The notes under the pieces were generated by a model that was not told the origin of the DNA, did no database searches, and was given only the letters and a program-made list of their open reading frames with translations. DNA of 63,966 bases, counting the filler, from Malassezia furfur (taxonomy: Eukaryota): the NCBI GenBank assembly GCA_052055015.1. It is 3 parts of 3 records of this genome, joined end to end, with 100 filler letters (N's around TTAATTAATTAA, not from the genome) between each part and the next. Parts side by side here need not be neighbours in the genome. Positions count along the whole stretch, not along the records: positions 24,143 to 48,150 come from JBQJIT010000145.1; 2 more parts are not named here. One strand, given 5' to 3'. Below are positions 29,486-39,683 of the stretch, piece after piece. Each line of letters begins with the position of its first letter. Within the stretch, counting starts at the first letter, position 1. The position numbers and the translations under genes were made by a program.

Positions 29486-30813
29486 CTACGCGGCTGTATA
29501 GTAGTAGTACTCGTCGACGAGAGGCAGGTAGTCGCCGCCGATGCTTGCGAGTACGCCAATGAGGCGCTTTCCCTCGATGCGACGCACAAGTCCCTCGAGC
29601 TTGGGCCGCGTGTAGTTGTACCACACCGGCCCACGTAGCAAGTACCACCAGAAGCTGCGGTCGCGCGCAGCCCACTCGTCGCCCTCGACAGCGCTGATGG
29701 GCTTGGCAAGTGCACGGCGTGGGTCGCTGCGCGACAGAGAGCCGGCGAGCCAGTCCAGGAACGAGTTCTCGATGCCGAGCATCGACAACATCAGCGACAC
29801 GGACGACATGGGCGGCACGGGCATTTTCTCGGCGCTTTCGCGCGGCAGGTAGAAGGAGCGGCGGCGCAGCGACGCAGCAAGCAGCTCAAGCACGAGAGAC
29901 AAGACAAATGGCTTGGCGTCGCGCTTGCCCCACTTGCGCAATGCAAGCACGTAGACGAGTGGGCGCAGGATGTACACGGCCTCAGCGACGCGGCCGACGG
30001 TGCCCTGCAACTTGCGCACGAGCTGAGCGGGCGGTGCAACATCCTGGTCGGTGAGCGTGTGCGAGAGAAGGTACTCGTAAATATCCGGCTCCTCGGTGCG
30101 AGTCGTATCGTGCGTCGTATCGCGCGCCGCATCGGGCAGCGGAACGAGGGCGTTGATGGAAGTGTGGATGACGCCGGTGCGCTCGCCGCGCCATGTGTAC
30201 GTGGGCGATGCGGCACTGCGCTCGAGCAGTGCTGGGTCAATTTCACGCTGCGGGAGCGGCGGCTGGACCACGGGCCGGCGCTGCGACGCTTGTACGAGGG
30301 CGATGCGGAGGAGCGCCTTGAGCAGCTCGATGCTTACAACGACGTCCCATGCGCGCTCGCGAAGCTTGCGGCGCGCGACCATCTCCACAAAAAGCTGTGA
30401 CGCCTCGATGATCATCAGGTGTACGGCGGCGGCGCCATAGCGGCGGCTGGACAAGTGCCAGAAGTTGGTGTAGCGCGCGTGCAGCGAGAGTTTGGGCAGG
30501 TCGCCCGACAACTCGTCGCGTGCCTGCTGCACGAGCGCATGTGCCTGCTTTGCACGACGCGAATACACAATTTTGAAGAGCACCGAGTCGTGGTACATGC
30601 CGAGGAGGTGCACACCGGCATAGACTGGGTCAGCTGCGCCGGTACATACTGGCTTCGCCGGCGCTGGGTGAGTCAGGGGACGTACAGTTCGGCATCCTTG
30701 AAGCGTCCCGGTAGCACATAGGTAATACTGCGCAGTGAAGACTCGAGCGCCGTGATTTGCGACGCGTTCGCCAGCAGGAAGCGCTCGTACGCCTGCCACG
30801 CCCGCCGCGCCAT
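29486..30813 (-). CDS. PEX16: Peroxin Pex16; 2 introns flanking a 14-nt exon
   Basis: YERFLLANASQITALESSLRSITYVLPGRFKDAEL|AGEA|IYAG...YHD; LHARYT, AEAVYILRPLVY, YLLRGPVWYNYTRPK, DYLPLVDEYYYY. Confidence 0.92.
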
Positions 30814-30904
30814 GGTGGTGGTGTTGGGCACCGCGCACGTGACGTACGTGGCGGAGGGGGGGGGGGCGGTGGCGATTGGGTTCCATCCAGCGCACGGTCC
30901 CACG

Positions 30905-32694
30905 ATGACCTCGGTGCGGCCCGGGGCATCTGAAGGGGCCCATGCCGCCAAGCTCAATACAGTCTTGTACCATTTTTATGCAAAGACAGTAGCGGTCGCG
31001 TGCGAGAGCCGTGCGCCATCCGCCCCCAGCGCAGCGCGCGCGAACAAATGGGTACGTTGTCACCCGCTCACACAGTTCTCGCTGAGCCTCGGCGAGATCG
31101 ATCGGATGCGCGATCGCCTGCGTCCATGGCGCGCACCGAGCGATGGCAGCGTCCCGCGCCTGTGTGTCGATGTGCGCGTGCGCACATCACGTTTGCGCGC
31201 CGACCAGGTCCTGGTCGGCTGCGCACCACACGGCAGCGGCACCCGCGTCGTGGAGCTGGGCGATGCGGCACGGACGAGCGTGCTACTGGAGCGCTGGACA
31301 GTTGATTTGGAGTGCGTCAGTGAGACTGACACAGACCCGCTGCGCACGATATCCGCCTGCCCGCTGTATACAAGCGCGCGATCGTGCACTTTCGTACGCT
31401 GTATGCGCTGGCGCGGGCGTTGCCTGCCCAGGCCTTGTGCCGTAATATCGCTGCGGGGAGCGACGCACCGCCACTCGATGTCGAGATCGAGGTGCACGCC
31501 GGTACGGACGCTGGCGCCGACGATCTCGGCGCCGATCCCAAGACATGGGCGCTGCAAGGTGTCCACACGCCGATCGGCACCCTGGCGTGCCGCGTCGCCT
31601 ATCGCGCATGCACGGAGCTGCGTGTCGAGCAGCGTGGGAACGCGGTGCCGTGCACAGACGCGGCGCTACCGATGCCGCCCCGCGAGCGCGACGTCCTCAC
31701 ACCGCCCGCGCGCCGCCCGCGCTCGCGCTCCTTGACGCCGCGCCCGCCCGGCGTGGGGACGCCGGTGACACCGCATGCGTCCGGTGCACTACCGCCGGAC
31801 ACCACCTCGCCACTGCTGCGGCGCATGTGGACAGACGCGGGCGATGCGCCCGTCGTGCCCGTCGTGCCCACGAGTGGGGTACGCCCTCGGCGCGGCGTGT
31901 CGCCCAGTGGGCCCGAGGCGTCGCCCGAGGGGCTCCGCGCGCTCTTTCAGTCGTACACGCCCACGCGGGCGCAGATTGGGCTCTCGCCGAGCTCGCTATA
32001 CTCGCTGCGCCACTCGCCGCACGGCCACTTTGATGCACACATGCGGCGGCGCGCCGAGACCGTCTCCGAGACCCCACCCGAGCGTGCTCGGCCGGTGCGC
32101 ATCCAGCGGTACGCGCGGCAGCCGTCGTACCGCCAACGCGAGTACTCGCGCTCGGCGGGCGGCGCCCACGACGAACTTTCGACTTCGGCACGCAGCTGGT
32201 CGCAGCGCGTCGAGCAGCGGCGCATGATGGAGCGCGGCATCGCGCGCGAGGCGCCTGCCCCGCGCTCGCAGCCGAGCCCGAGTGGCTCGCGGTTGTTTGC
32301 CAATACTGCGCCATCGCATGCACCCGCGTTTGCGCTTTCCAAGCCTGGGTCCGCGGGCGGCAGTACGAGCGCAGCCGGTGCGGCGCATGCGTCGCCGTCC
32401 GACGACCTCTTTGAGCTCGTGCAAATGCTCGAGGCGCCGCCGGCCCTGCACGCCGCGGCGCCGCCCGCACGTACCTCGGGCGTGTCGCTGACACACACGC
32501 CGAGCAGCGTGGGGCCGCGGCGCAGCCTCGGGGCGGTACGGGGGGACCCAATAGACGACGTCCTGGCGCGCCTCGCTGACTCGGTGCACCTGCCCGCGAT
32601 GGACGAACGATTCGGCGAGGTGGAGCGCACGGCGCCGGCGCCGTACCCGATCCGGTACGTGCCGCATGCACTCGGGGTGGACGAGGCGTACTAG
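30905..32694 (+). CDS. ATG13: Autophagy protein Atg13 (HORMA domain + disordered tail); 2 introns
   Basis: KLNTVLYHFYAK...ESR, NKW|FSL, VLLERW, VYKRAIVHFRTLYALARALPA; introns 31052-31075 (24 nt) and 31312-31334 (23 nt, restores the frame). Confidence 0.8.
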
Positions 32695-32732
32695 ACAAGG
32701 GAGGGGCATCATGCTATAGGCAGAATGTACGA

Positions 32733-34556
32733 CTAGGCATCGACGTGATTGGGCGCCGGTGCGGCGCTCGGTGCGGCGCTCGACGCGGCGCTCGGCGAAG
32801 GGCCAGGGGCCGAGGCGCTGCTGGGAGTCGACGGCTCGCTCGCGGCGCGGCGAGCGCTCTGGGCCTCGGCCGCCTCGTCGACCCACGCGCGCATATCGAC
32901 GCGCCGCGCGGCATCCTGCTTCAAGAAGGGGTGCTCGAGCAGCTCCGCATAGCTCGGACGCTGCTCGGGTATTTTGCGCAGGCACTGTGCAACAAAGTCG
33001 CGTGCGTCTGGTCCATACGTGCACGTCCCCAGCTCGAGCTCGATCGGCACACCGGTCGGCGAGGTGATGGTGATCGGCTCCGTGCTCGGCGTCGGCAGCT
33101 CGGGGGCGTCGCCATCGACGATCGCCTGCAGCTGTGCGAAGACATTGGTAAAAGTCTCGGGCGGGTAGGGGTAGGCACCCTTGGCCACTTCGATGAGCGT
33201 TAGGCCGAGCGACCAGACATCTGAGGCGGTGGTGTAGGTCGTGTCCTTGCTGCGCGGGTCACTCTTGATCCGCTCTGGCGCCATATAGCTCTGGCACCCG
33301 ATGTTGGTCTTGGCGAGGCTCTTTTCGAGCTGGCCCGACACGCCAAAGTCGCACAGCTTTACGTCGCCGCGCGAGTTGACCAGAATGTTGGTCGGCTTAA
33401 TGTCGCGGTGGATGATCTGCAGCTCGTCCTTGAGGAAGCTCAGGCCCTTGACCGTGCACGAGGCAATGCGTGCCAGCACACCCTCGGGCACCGCACAGTA
33501 GCGCCCGCCGCACAGCTTCTCTAAGCTGCCGCGGTCCATGTACTCCATGCAGTAGTATACACAGCTCTCCACAAAGAACGCGCCGTAGAACTCGACAATG
33601 TACGGCGAGATGGCGCGGTGCAAAATATCCAGCTCCATAATGATCGCATTCAGCTTCGGCTGGTCCAGCTCCAGGCGGATCTCCTTCATGGCCATCTCAA
33701 CCTTGGTGCGCGTGTGCCGCACCTTGCTCACCGTGCCGTAATTGCCAAACCCAAGCTGTTCCTGCAGCTCGAGCTCCTGCATATTGATACTGAACGACGT
33801 CCCGTTGCGGAACTCAACCCCAGACGCATGTAGCACGGCCTTCCCATCAAAATTGAGCCGGCCACTTGGGTCGACAATCTTGCTAAAGTTGGCAAACGGC
33901 GTCTCCATCGGTGGCGCAGGACCCGGTGCTCCCGGCAGCTTGCCTAGATTCAACTTTGGACGCCCTCCCGCAGGTCCACCAAGATTCGGCTTTGGGGCGC
34001 GCGCGCTTGCTTTGCCCGCATTCACGTCCACGCCCAGATCGCTTAGTCGCAGCCCTGGACGGTTGGGGCGCACCGCCGGGGCACGCGCCTGGGGGGCTGC
34101 CGGCATCGGCGCGCGGCTCAACAGTGACGCATCGAGTTTCTGCCCCGCATTGAGCACCTTGGTGTTGTCTGTATTTGCAGGCAGCGCGGCATTCGCACTC
34201 CTTCGCGCATTCTGCGTCAGCGGCGCGGCGCGTCAACAACGTACCGCTTCCAACTTGGCCTGCAGGCCGGGCGGCAGCTTTGTACTCGCAAGCTGTCGCG
34301 TACGCTCGTTCGCTCCCGCAAACCCACGCGGCACCGAGCCGGGCTTCGACGGGGCACGTACGCCCTTGGTCACCCCGCTCGACGGCGCAGTCTGCGCAGC
34401 GCCCGCGGCGGCGGGCGTCAGCGCGGGCGCCGACGCAGGGATGCTCGGTGCATCGCGCTGCGGCACCTCGGCTCGATTCGGCGACCCAGAATGCGACTCG
34501 GGGGAAACACGCAGCTTCTCTGCCGTCTCCGCGGCAAGATCCACCTCGTCGCCCAT
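32733..34556 (-). CDS. PBS2: MAP kinase kinase of the HOG pathway
   Basis: F(A)NFSKIVDPSGRLNFDGKAVLHASGV, AMKEIRLELD, IHRDIKPTN, DFGVSGQLEKSLAKTNIGCQSYMAPERI; 33-nt intron at 34212-34244 containing a stop. Confidence 0.93.
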
Positions 34557-34658
34557 CGTGCTTGCCTGCCGACCGGTTCGGGGGGGCCTGCGCACACTTT
34601 TGCTGCCCTAAGGATTAGTCAGCGAATGGAACCCCCCACCCCCCCCCACTGCGCACGG

Positions 34659-36465
34659 ATGGGCATGCTGGTGAGCATCGCGTGCGCCGCGGCACGCGCG
34701 CTCACGGCATGGGGCGCAAGCCGCACTTTCTTCCAGCCAGATGAGTACTGGCAGACGCTCGAGATTGCCCATCGCATCGTGTTCGGGTACGGCTACCAGA
34801 CATGGGAGTGGATCGGCGTCGCGCCGATCCGTAGCGCTGTGCATCCCCTCTTTTTTGTGCCGCTCTACGCGGCACTTCGCTGGGTTGGTGCAGATGAACA
34901 CGGTCCATGGATGGTATGTATCAACACTGACACAGACCCTGCTTCCTGCGATGCAGCAGGCCGCGCTCGCGACCCTCGGTGACGCCTTCTTCTATGCGCT
35001 CGCACGTCGCGTCGCGGGCCTCAGTACGGCACGTGTGTGGATCGTGCTGCATGCGCTTTCGCTGTATTGGACGTATACGTGTGCGCGCCCTTTGTCTAAC
35101 TCGACTGAGGCGGCACTGAACAGCATCGCTTTGTACTATTGGCCGCTGACGGCCTACGACGTCGTGCGCGGATCGACAGCATCGCTCGTTCTGGCGCTCG
35201 TCGCTGCCTACACTGGAATCCTTGTGCGGCCTACAGGACTGCTGATCTGGGCATTTTTGGGCGGTAAGGCACTCTGTGATGGTGCCTACGCTGGCGGCCC
35301 GCGCAGCGTCGCTCGTCTCGTGGGAGTCGCAACCCTCGTAGGGTACGTCGCCTTCTTACGCAGAATCGGTGCGGGTATGCTCGGCTATGCGGCCGACTCC
35401 TGGTACTTTCAGCGGCGCGTGTTTACCCCCGTGCACTTTTTCGTGGAAAACGTCATGCGTTCGCTGTCAGTGTTCTACGGCGCCCATCCCTGGCACTGGT
35501 ACCTTACTCAGGGCCTGCCGGGTGTCCTCACCGTCAGCCTGCCATGGGCACTGCGCGGGTGGGGAAAAGTGCTTGGCATGCCACGCACCAGTGCTCTGTG
35601 GACGCTTGGTACACTTGCCTTGTGGACGGTAGGCGTCTTTTCCTTGCTAAGCCACAAGGAGGCTCGGTTCTTGCAGCCGCTTGTACCGCATCTCCATCTT
35701 TTTGCCGCTTACGCCTTGCGGCCACGCGGAACAACGTGGCGTGCTGCTTGGTCGGCGCTCCCAACCGTGCTGCGGTACGCGCTACTCGTACAAGTGCCTG
35801 TGCTTGTGTACGTGCTTGGTTTCCACGCTCAGGGCCAAATCCGCGTCATGCAGTACGTACACAACGTCGCGACGCCGCGCACCACGTTTGGGTTCCTCAT
35901 GCCGTGCCATTCGACGCCATGGCAGAGCCATATGCATGCGCGCGTACTCGAGACCACCGAACTCGACAGCGGTCTCGTGAGTGGCGATGTGGGCCGCGCA
36001 TGGTTTCTCGCATGTCCTCCGCCTCGGCACGCGGACCCAGCGACATACTGGGATCAGTCCGACTTTTTCCTGTACGACCCAGTACGCTACCTGCGCGAGC
36101 GCTTTCCCTCACGCGTGGATCCCACATTTCCGACGATGCGCGCGGCGCATTTCCGCTCGCCGCGCGGCACAAATACGTCCGATGTGGTAGCCCAGCACGC
36201 CTCCAGTGACTTAGGCTGGCGGCACCCTTGGCCATCGCACCTGGTCGTCTATGAATCCCTTTTACATACAGGCGCACCGCAAACGGTTGGCGACCTGCTG
36301 GCCCAACGCGGCTACGAAGAAGTGGCACGTTTCTGGAACACGGTATGGCACCCAGAGCCGCATCGCAAGGGGGATATTGTGGTACTGCGGTATATCGACG
36401 AACGGGAAAAAATCCTGGCTAATTATACAAAAGCGTCACAGACGGTGTCACCACCCCTGGCGTGA
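34659..36465 (+). CDS. GPI10: GPI mannosyltransferase 3 (PIG-B); 2 introns (22, 21 nt)
   Basis: RTFFQPDEYWQTLEIAH...GYGYQTWEW, FYGAHPWHWYLTQG, SLLSHKEARFLQP, FLMPCHSTPWQSH. Start could be 34626, 34659 or 34665. Confidence 0.92.
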
Positions 36466-37008
36466 CGCGATCTCTTCGACAGCTGCGGCGTCCAGCTCGT
36501 CTTCGCCCATGAGTCTCGTAAAGCTGTCGTCCGATTCGGGTTTGTCGTGGGTATCTTGGGCGGCCGCTGGTGCTGTCACAGGGTCGCTGTGTACGCGCGT
36601 AAAACGCGGGCTCGGCAGACGTGGGGAGGTGCACGACGCCGGTGCATCGCGCGGCGGGGCGGTAGGGTGGCCCGGGAGTGCATAGGCATACATCGCGTAG
36701 GTATAAGGACCATGTGCATGTGCACGCCGTGCATTCCTTCGCGCCCGCATAGTGCGTATTTGGCTAGGACTGATCTGGGCCGGTTGGTTCTCCTGCTCGT
36801 CCTCAGCGCTGGGCGTGGGGAGGGGCAGACATTTGGATGCGTCGCGTTTTTCTGCGCCATCGGTTTTGACCGCATCGAGTGGCGACGAGCTCGGTTGCCA
36901 CGATACACGCCCACGCGGTGAAGGTGACGCACTTCGATGTCGCCGTGCGCCGCCCTCCCTATGCCGTCTTGGGGACTCGAAATTTAACAGGTCGAACCAT
37001 TCGGACAT
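36448..37008 (-). CDS. Hypothetical 186-aa low-complexity protein
   Basis: ATG in good context (GTCATGT), fills an otherwise empty slot in a gene-dense region; no recognisable family. Confidence 0.55.
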   Translation of the reverse strand: MSEWFDLLNFESPRRHREGGARRHRSASPSPRGRVSWQPSSSPLDAVKTDGAEKRDASKCLPLPTPSAEDEQENQPAQISPSQIRTMRARRNARRAHAHGPYTYAMYAYALPGHPTAPPRDAPASCTSPRLPSPRFTRVHSDPVTAPAAAQDTHDKPESDDSFTRLMGEDELDAAAVEEIASRQGW

Positions 37009-37110
37009 GACGGTGTTGGTGTGCCACGTGCGTGTGCGCGTACGTGCGCGACTTGGAGAAATCTGCCGAGAAGTCCATCCGCCGCACTTCTACTATGGAT
37101 TAGACTGCAC

Positions 37111-37316
37111 CGAGCCGGGGCCTGCATGAAAGGTCCCTGATTGACTGTCCAGTATCAAGTGCAGCTTCAATACAAGGAGCGCTGCGAGGTCGCAATCTTT
37201 GAGGAGTGCGAGCATGCGGCTGTACCGCATGCGCAATCTACTCCGCCAGAGTTCAAGACACTGCTGTCATCGACTTCGAGCTTACCGAGTCGACTGACGT
37301 CAAGTTTTTCCTACAG
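37111..37316 (+). pseudogene. Decayed tandem paralog of the adjacent ABM-domain gene
   Basis: EPG...[intron-like, ends TTGACTGTCCAG]YQVQLQYKERCEVAIFEECEHAAVPHAQSTPPEFKTL aligns without gaps to EPG...|YRVTREINVGLEIVVFEEYESAEALAAHQAAPEFQAL; no intact start or 5' exons found. Confidence 0.6.
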
Positions 37317-37490
37317 AACTGTCCCCAACCAAATAGCGAGAGAGCCGGTGCGCGTTCGTCGATGTAGAATTTGTGTAGCGCCGCTGCGACCACAGTCTAG
37401 CGCGCAACCTATACCCTTTGGCACCAAGCCACGTGGGCGGCGCTTCAAACGGCAGTGCGGCTCCAGGTGCGCGGGCCACTCCACCCCACG

Positions 37491-37867
37491 ATGTCGTCGC
37501 CGCCAAGCCAAGGATCGTTCATCCTCGTTGCAACGTATGTTTCTTGCTTACATGCAGTCTGGTCGCTAAAGGCCAGAGCGAAGCCGACAAGCTCGCAGAG
37601 CTGGTCGTTGCCGTCGCCAAGCGCGCCAACTCGGCGGACGAGCCGGGCACCAAGACGGTGTGTAGTTGTGACACTCACTTTCAGTACCGAGTCACGCGTG
37701 AAATCAACGTGGGTCTCGAGATCGTCGTGTTTGAGGAGTATGAGAGTGCCGAGGCGCTGGCCGCGCATCAGGCTGCGCCCGAGTTCCAGGCACTCGCCAA
37801 GGCCGCGCCGGAACTCACGAGCAAATTCGATATGAACTTTTACCACCAGCTCTATCCAACTAGTTAG
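37491..37867 (+). CDS. ABM (antibiotic biosynthesis monooxygenase-like) dimeric alpha/beta barrel protein; 2 introns
   Basis: MSSPPSQGSFILVAT|LVAK...DEPGTKT|YRV...VVFEEYESAEALAAHQAAPEF; introns 37535-37557 (23 nt) and 37658-37684 (27 nt). Confidence 0.8.
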
Positions 37868-39551
37868 ACTCCGGTTTAATTCCGGCCGAGGTGTCCTCGA
37901 GAATGTAACCCTCGGTCGACGTAGGGACCGTCTGTGGTCAGCAAGCCGCAGAAATGAAATACGTACAACGACGCGCAGCGAGTTGGTGTAGCCCTGGCCA
38001 CCGCGCCATCCCTGGACGGCGATCACCGTATCACCCTTGTTGATGATGTGCAGCTTGAGCGCCTCCGACAGGCCAAACTTGATACGGTTGTCCACATCCT
38101 CCTGCCACTTGGCCGGACTGTCGATCTTCGGCAGCGGGTAGTGGAAGGGGTAGGTACCGCGGTACAGATGGCACGAGCGCGCCGTGTACACATTGCGCGT
38201 GACTGCGAGTGAGTGGAAGACAACATACCCATCAGGATCGGGCACTCGGGACGGTACTTGCTCACGAGGCGTGCCGTGTTGCCCGACGTCGACATGAGCA
38301 GGATGGCACCAGCACGTTGCTCGAGCGAGGCCGAGACGGCCACGAGCGCGATCGTCTCCTGCGTGCTCGTCGGCACACGCGTCAGGCTGCGCATCTCGTT
38401 AAAGAGTGCCTGGTACGAAAGGCTCTGCTCGGCAATGTAGGTCGTCTCGGCCATCATTTTGACCGCCTCCACAGGGTACTTGCCCTTAGCGGTCTCGCCG
38501 GAAAGCATCACACAGTCCGCACCGTCGACCACAGCGTTGGCGACGTCAGATACCTCAGCACGGGTCGGGCGGTTATTGACCGTCATGCTTTCGAGCATCT
38601 GCGTCGCACAGATCACCGGCTTACCAATGATGTTGCAGCGGGAAATCATCATCTTCTGCGCAAGGAACACCTGCGGGGCAGGAATCTCGATACCGAGATC
38701 ACCACGGGCCACCATAATGCCATCGGCCGCCTCGAGGATCTCGTCGAAGTTGACCAGTCCCTGGTGGTTCTCAATCTTGGCGATAATACGGATATGCTGA
38801 CCCTTCTCGCCAAGAATCTCGCGAATACTCTTGATGTCCTGGCCACTGCGGATGAACGAGGCAAAAACCATGTCGAGCGATTGGTCGCGCGCAAACTCGA
38901 GGTCCTTGCGGTCCTTCTCCGAGACGGCCGGCAGGTCGACCTCGGTCAGTGGCAGATTGACACCCTTGCGCGACGACAGTACGCCGTTGTTCAATGCCAC
39001 CACGCGCACATTATTTCCTTCGATCGACAGGACACGCAGCGCCAAGATACCGTCGTCGATATAGATAATGCGGTCCGGCTGCACCTTGAACGGCAGGCGC
39101 TCGTAGTCGATGTATAGGTGGCTCGTGCTGCATTTTTCCGCATAGGCCTTGTCCGTCGTGACGAATAACTCGTGACCCTCCTCGATCGGCTGGTCCTCGT
39201 TGTTTTCCATCACACCGGTACGCATTTCGGGGCCCTTGGTGTCGAGCGCGATCGCGAGCGGACGACCGGGCGCCTCACGCTCCACCTGGTGCACGTTATC
39301 AATCACACTCTGGAAGTACGAATGGTCACCGTGACTCGCGTTGAGGCGCACGATGTTCATGCCCGTCTTACGCAGCTTCTGCAAGATAGGCACATTGTTC
39401 GTCTTGGGGCCGATAGTACAGATAATCGAGCTGGATAAGCAGACGAGCATACGTACGTCTTACGCAGGAATCTATTATCAACCTTGTGCTCGATAGGTTG
39501 CATAGAAGCAAACCATTCCAGTTGCGTCTTAGCGGACTGGGCGTACATCAT
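37860..39551 (-). CDS. CDC19: Pyruvate kinase; 3 introns (26, 26, 35 nt)
   Basis: [74 protein letters not shown]. Confidence 0.97.
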
Positions 39552-39683
39552 GGCAGGGGACCGAAAACAAAAAAAGGCGCCCTACAGTGGGTGTGCCGTC
39601 CGTGCGCGGAATTTTCAGCCCGCGGTAAGCCCGTGTCTTGGGGCTCGTGGAGGCGCTTATTAATGGGGTCCTACCAGGCCGAA

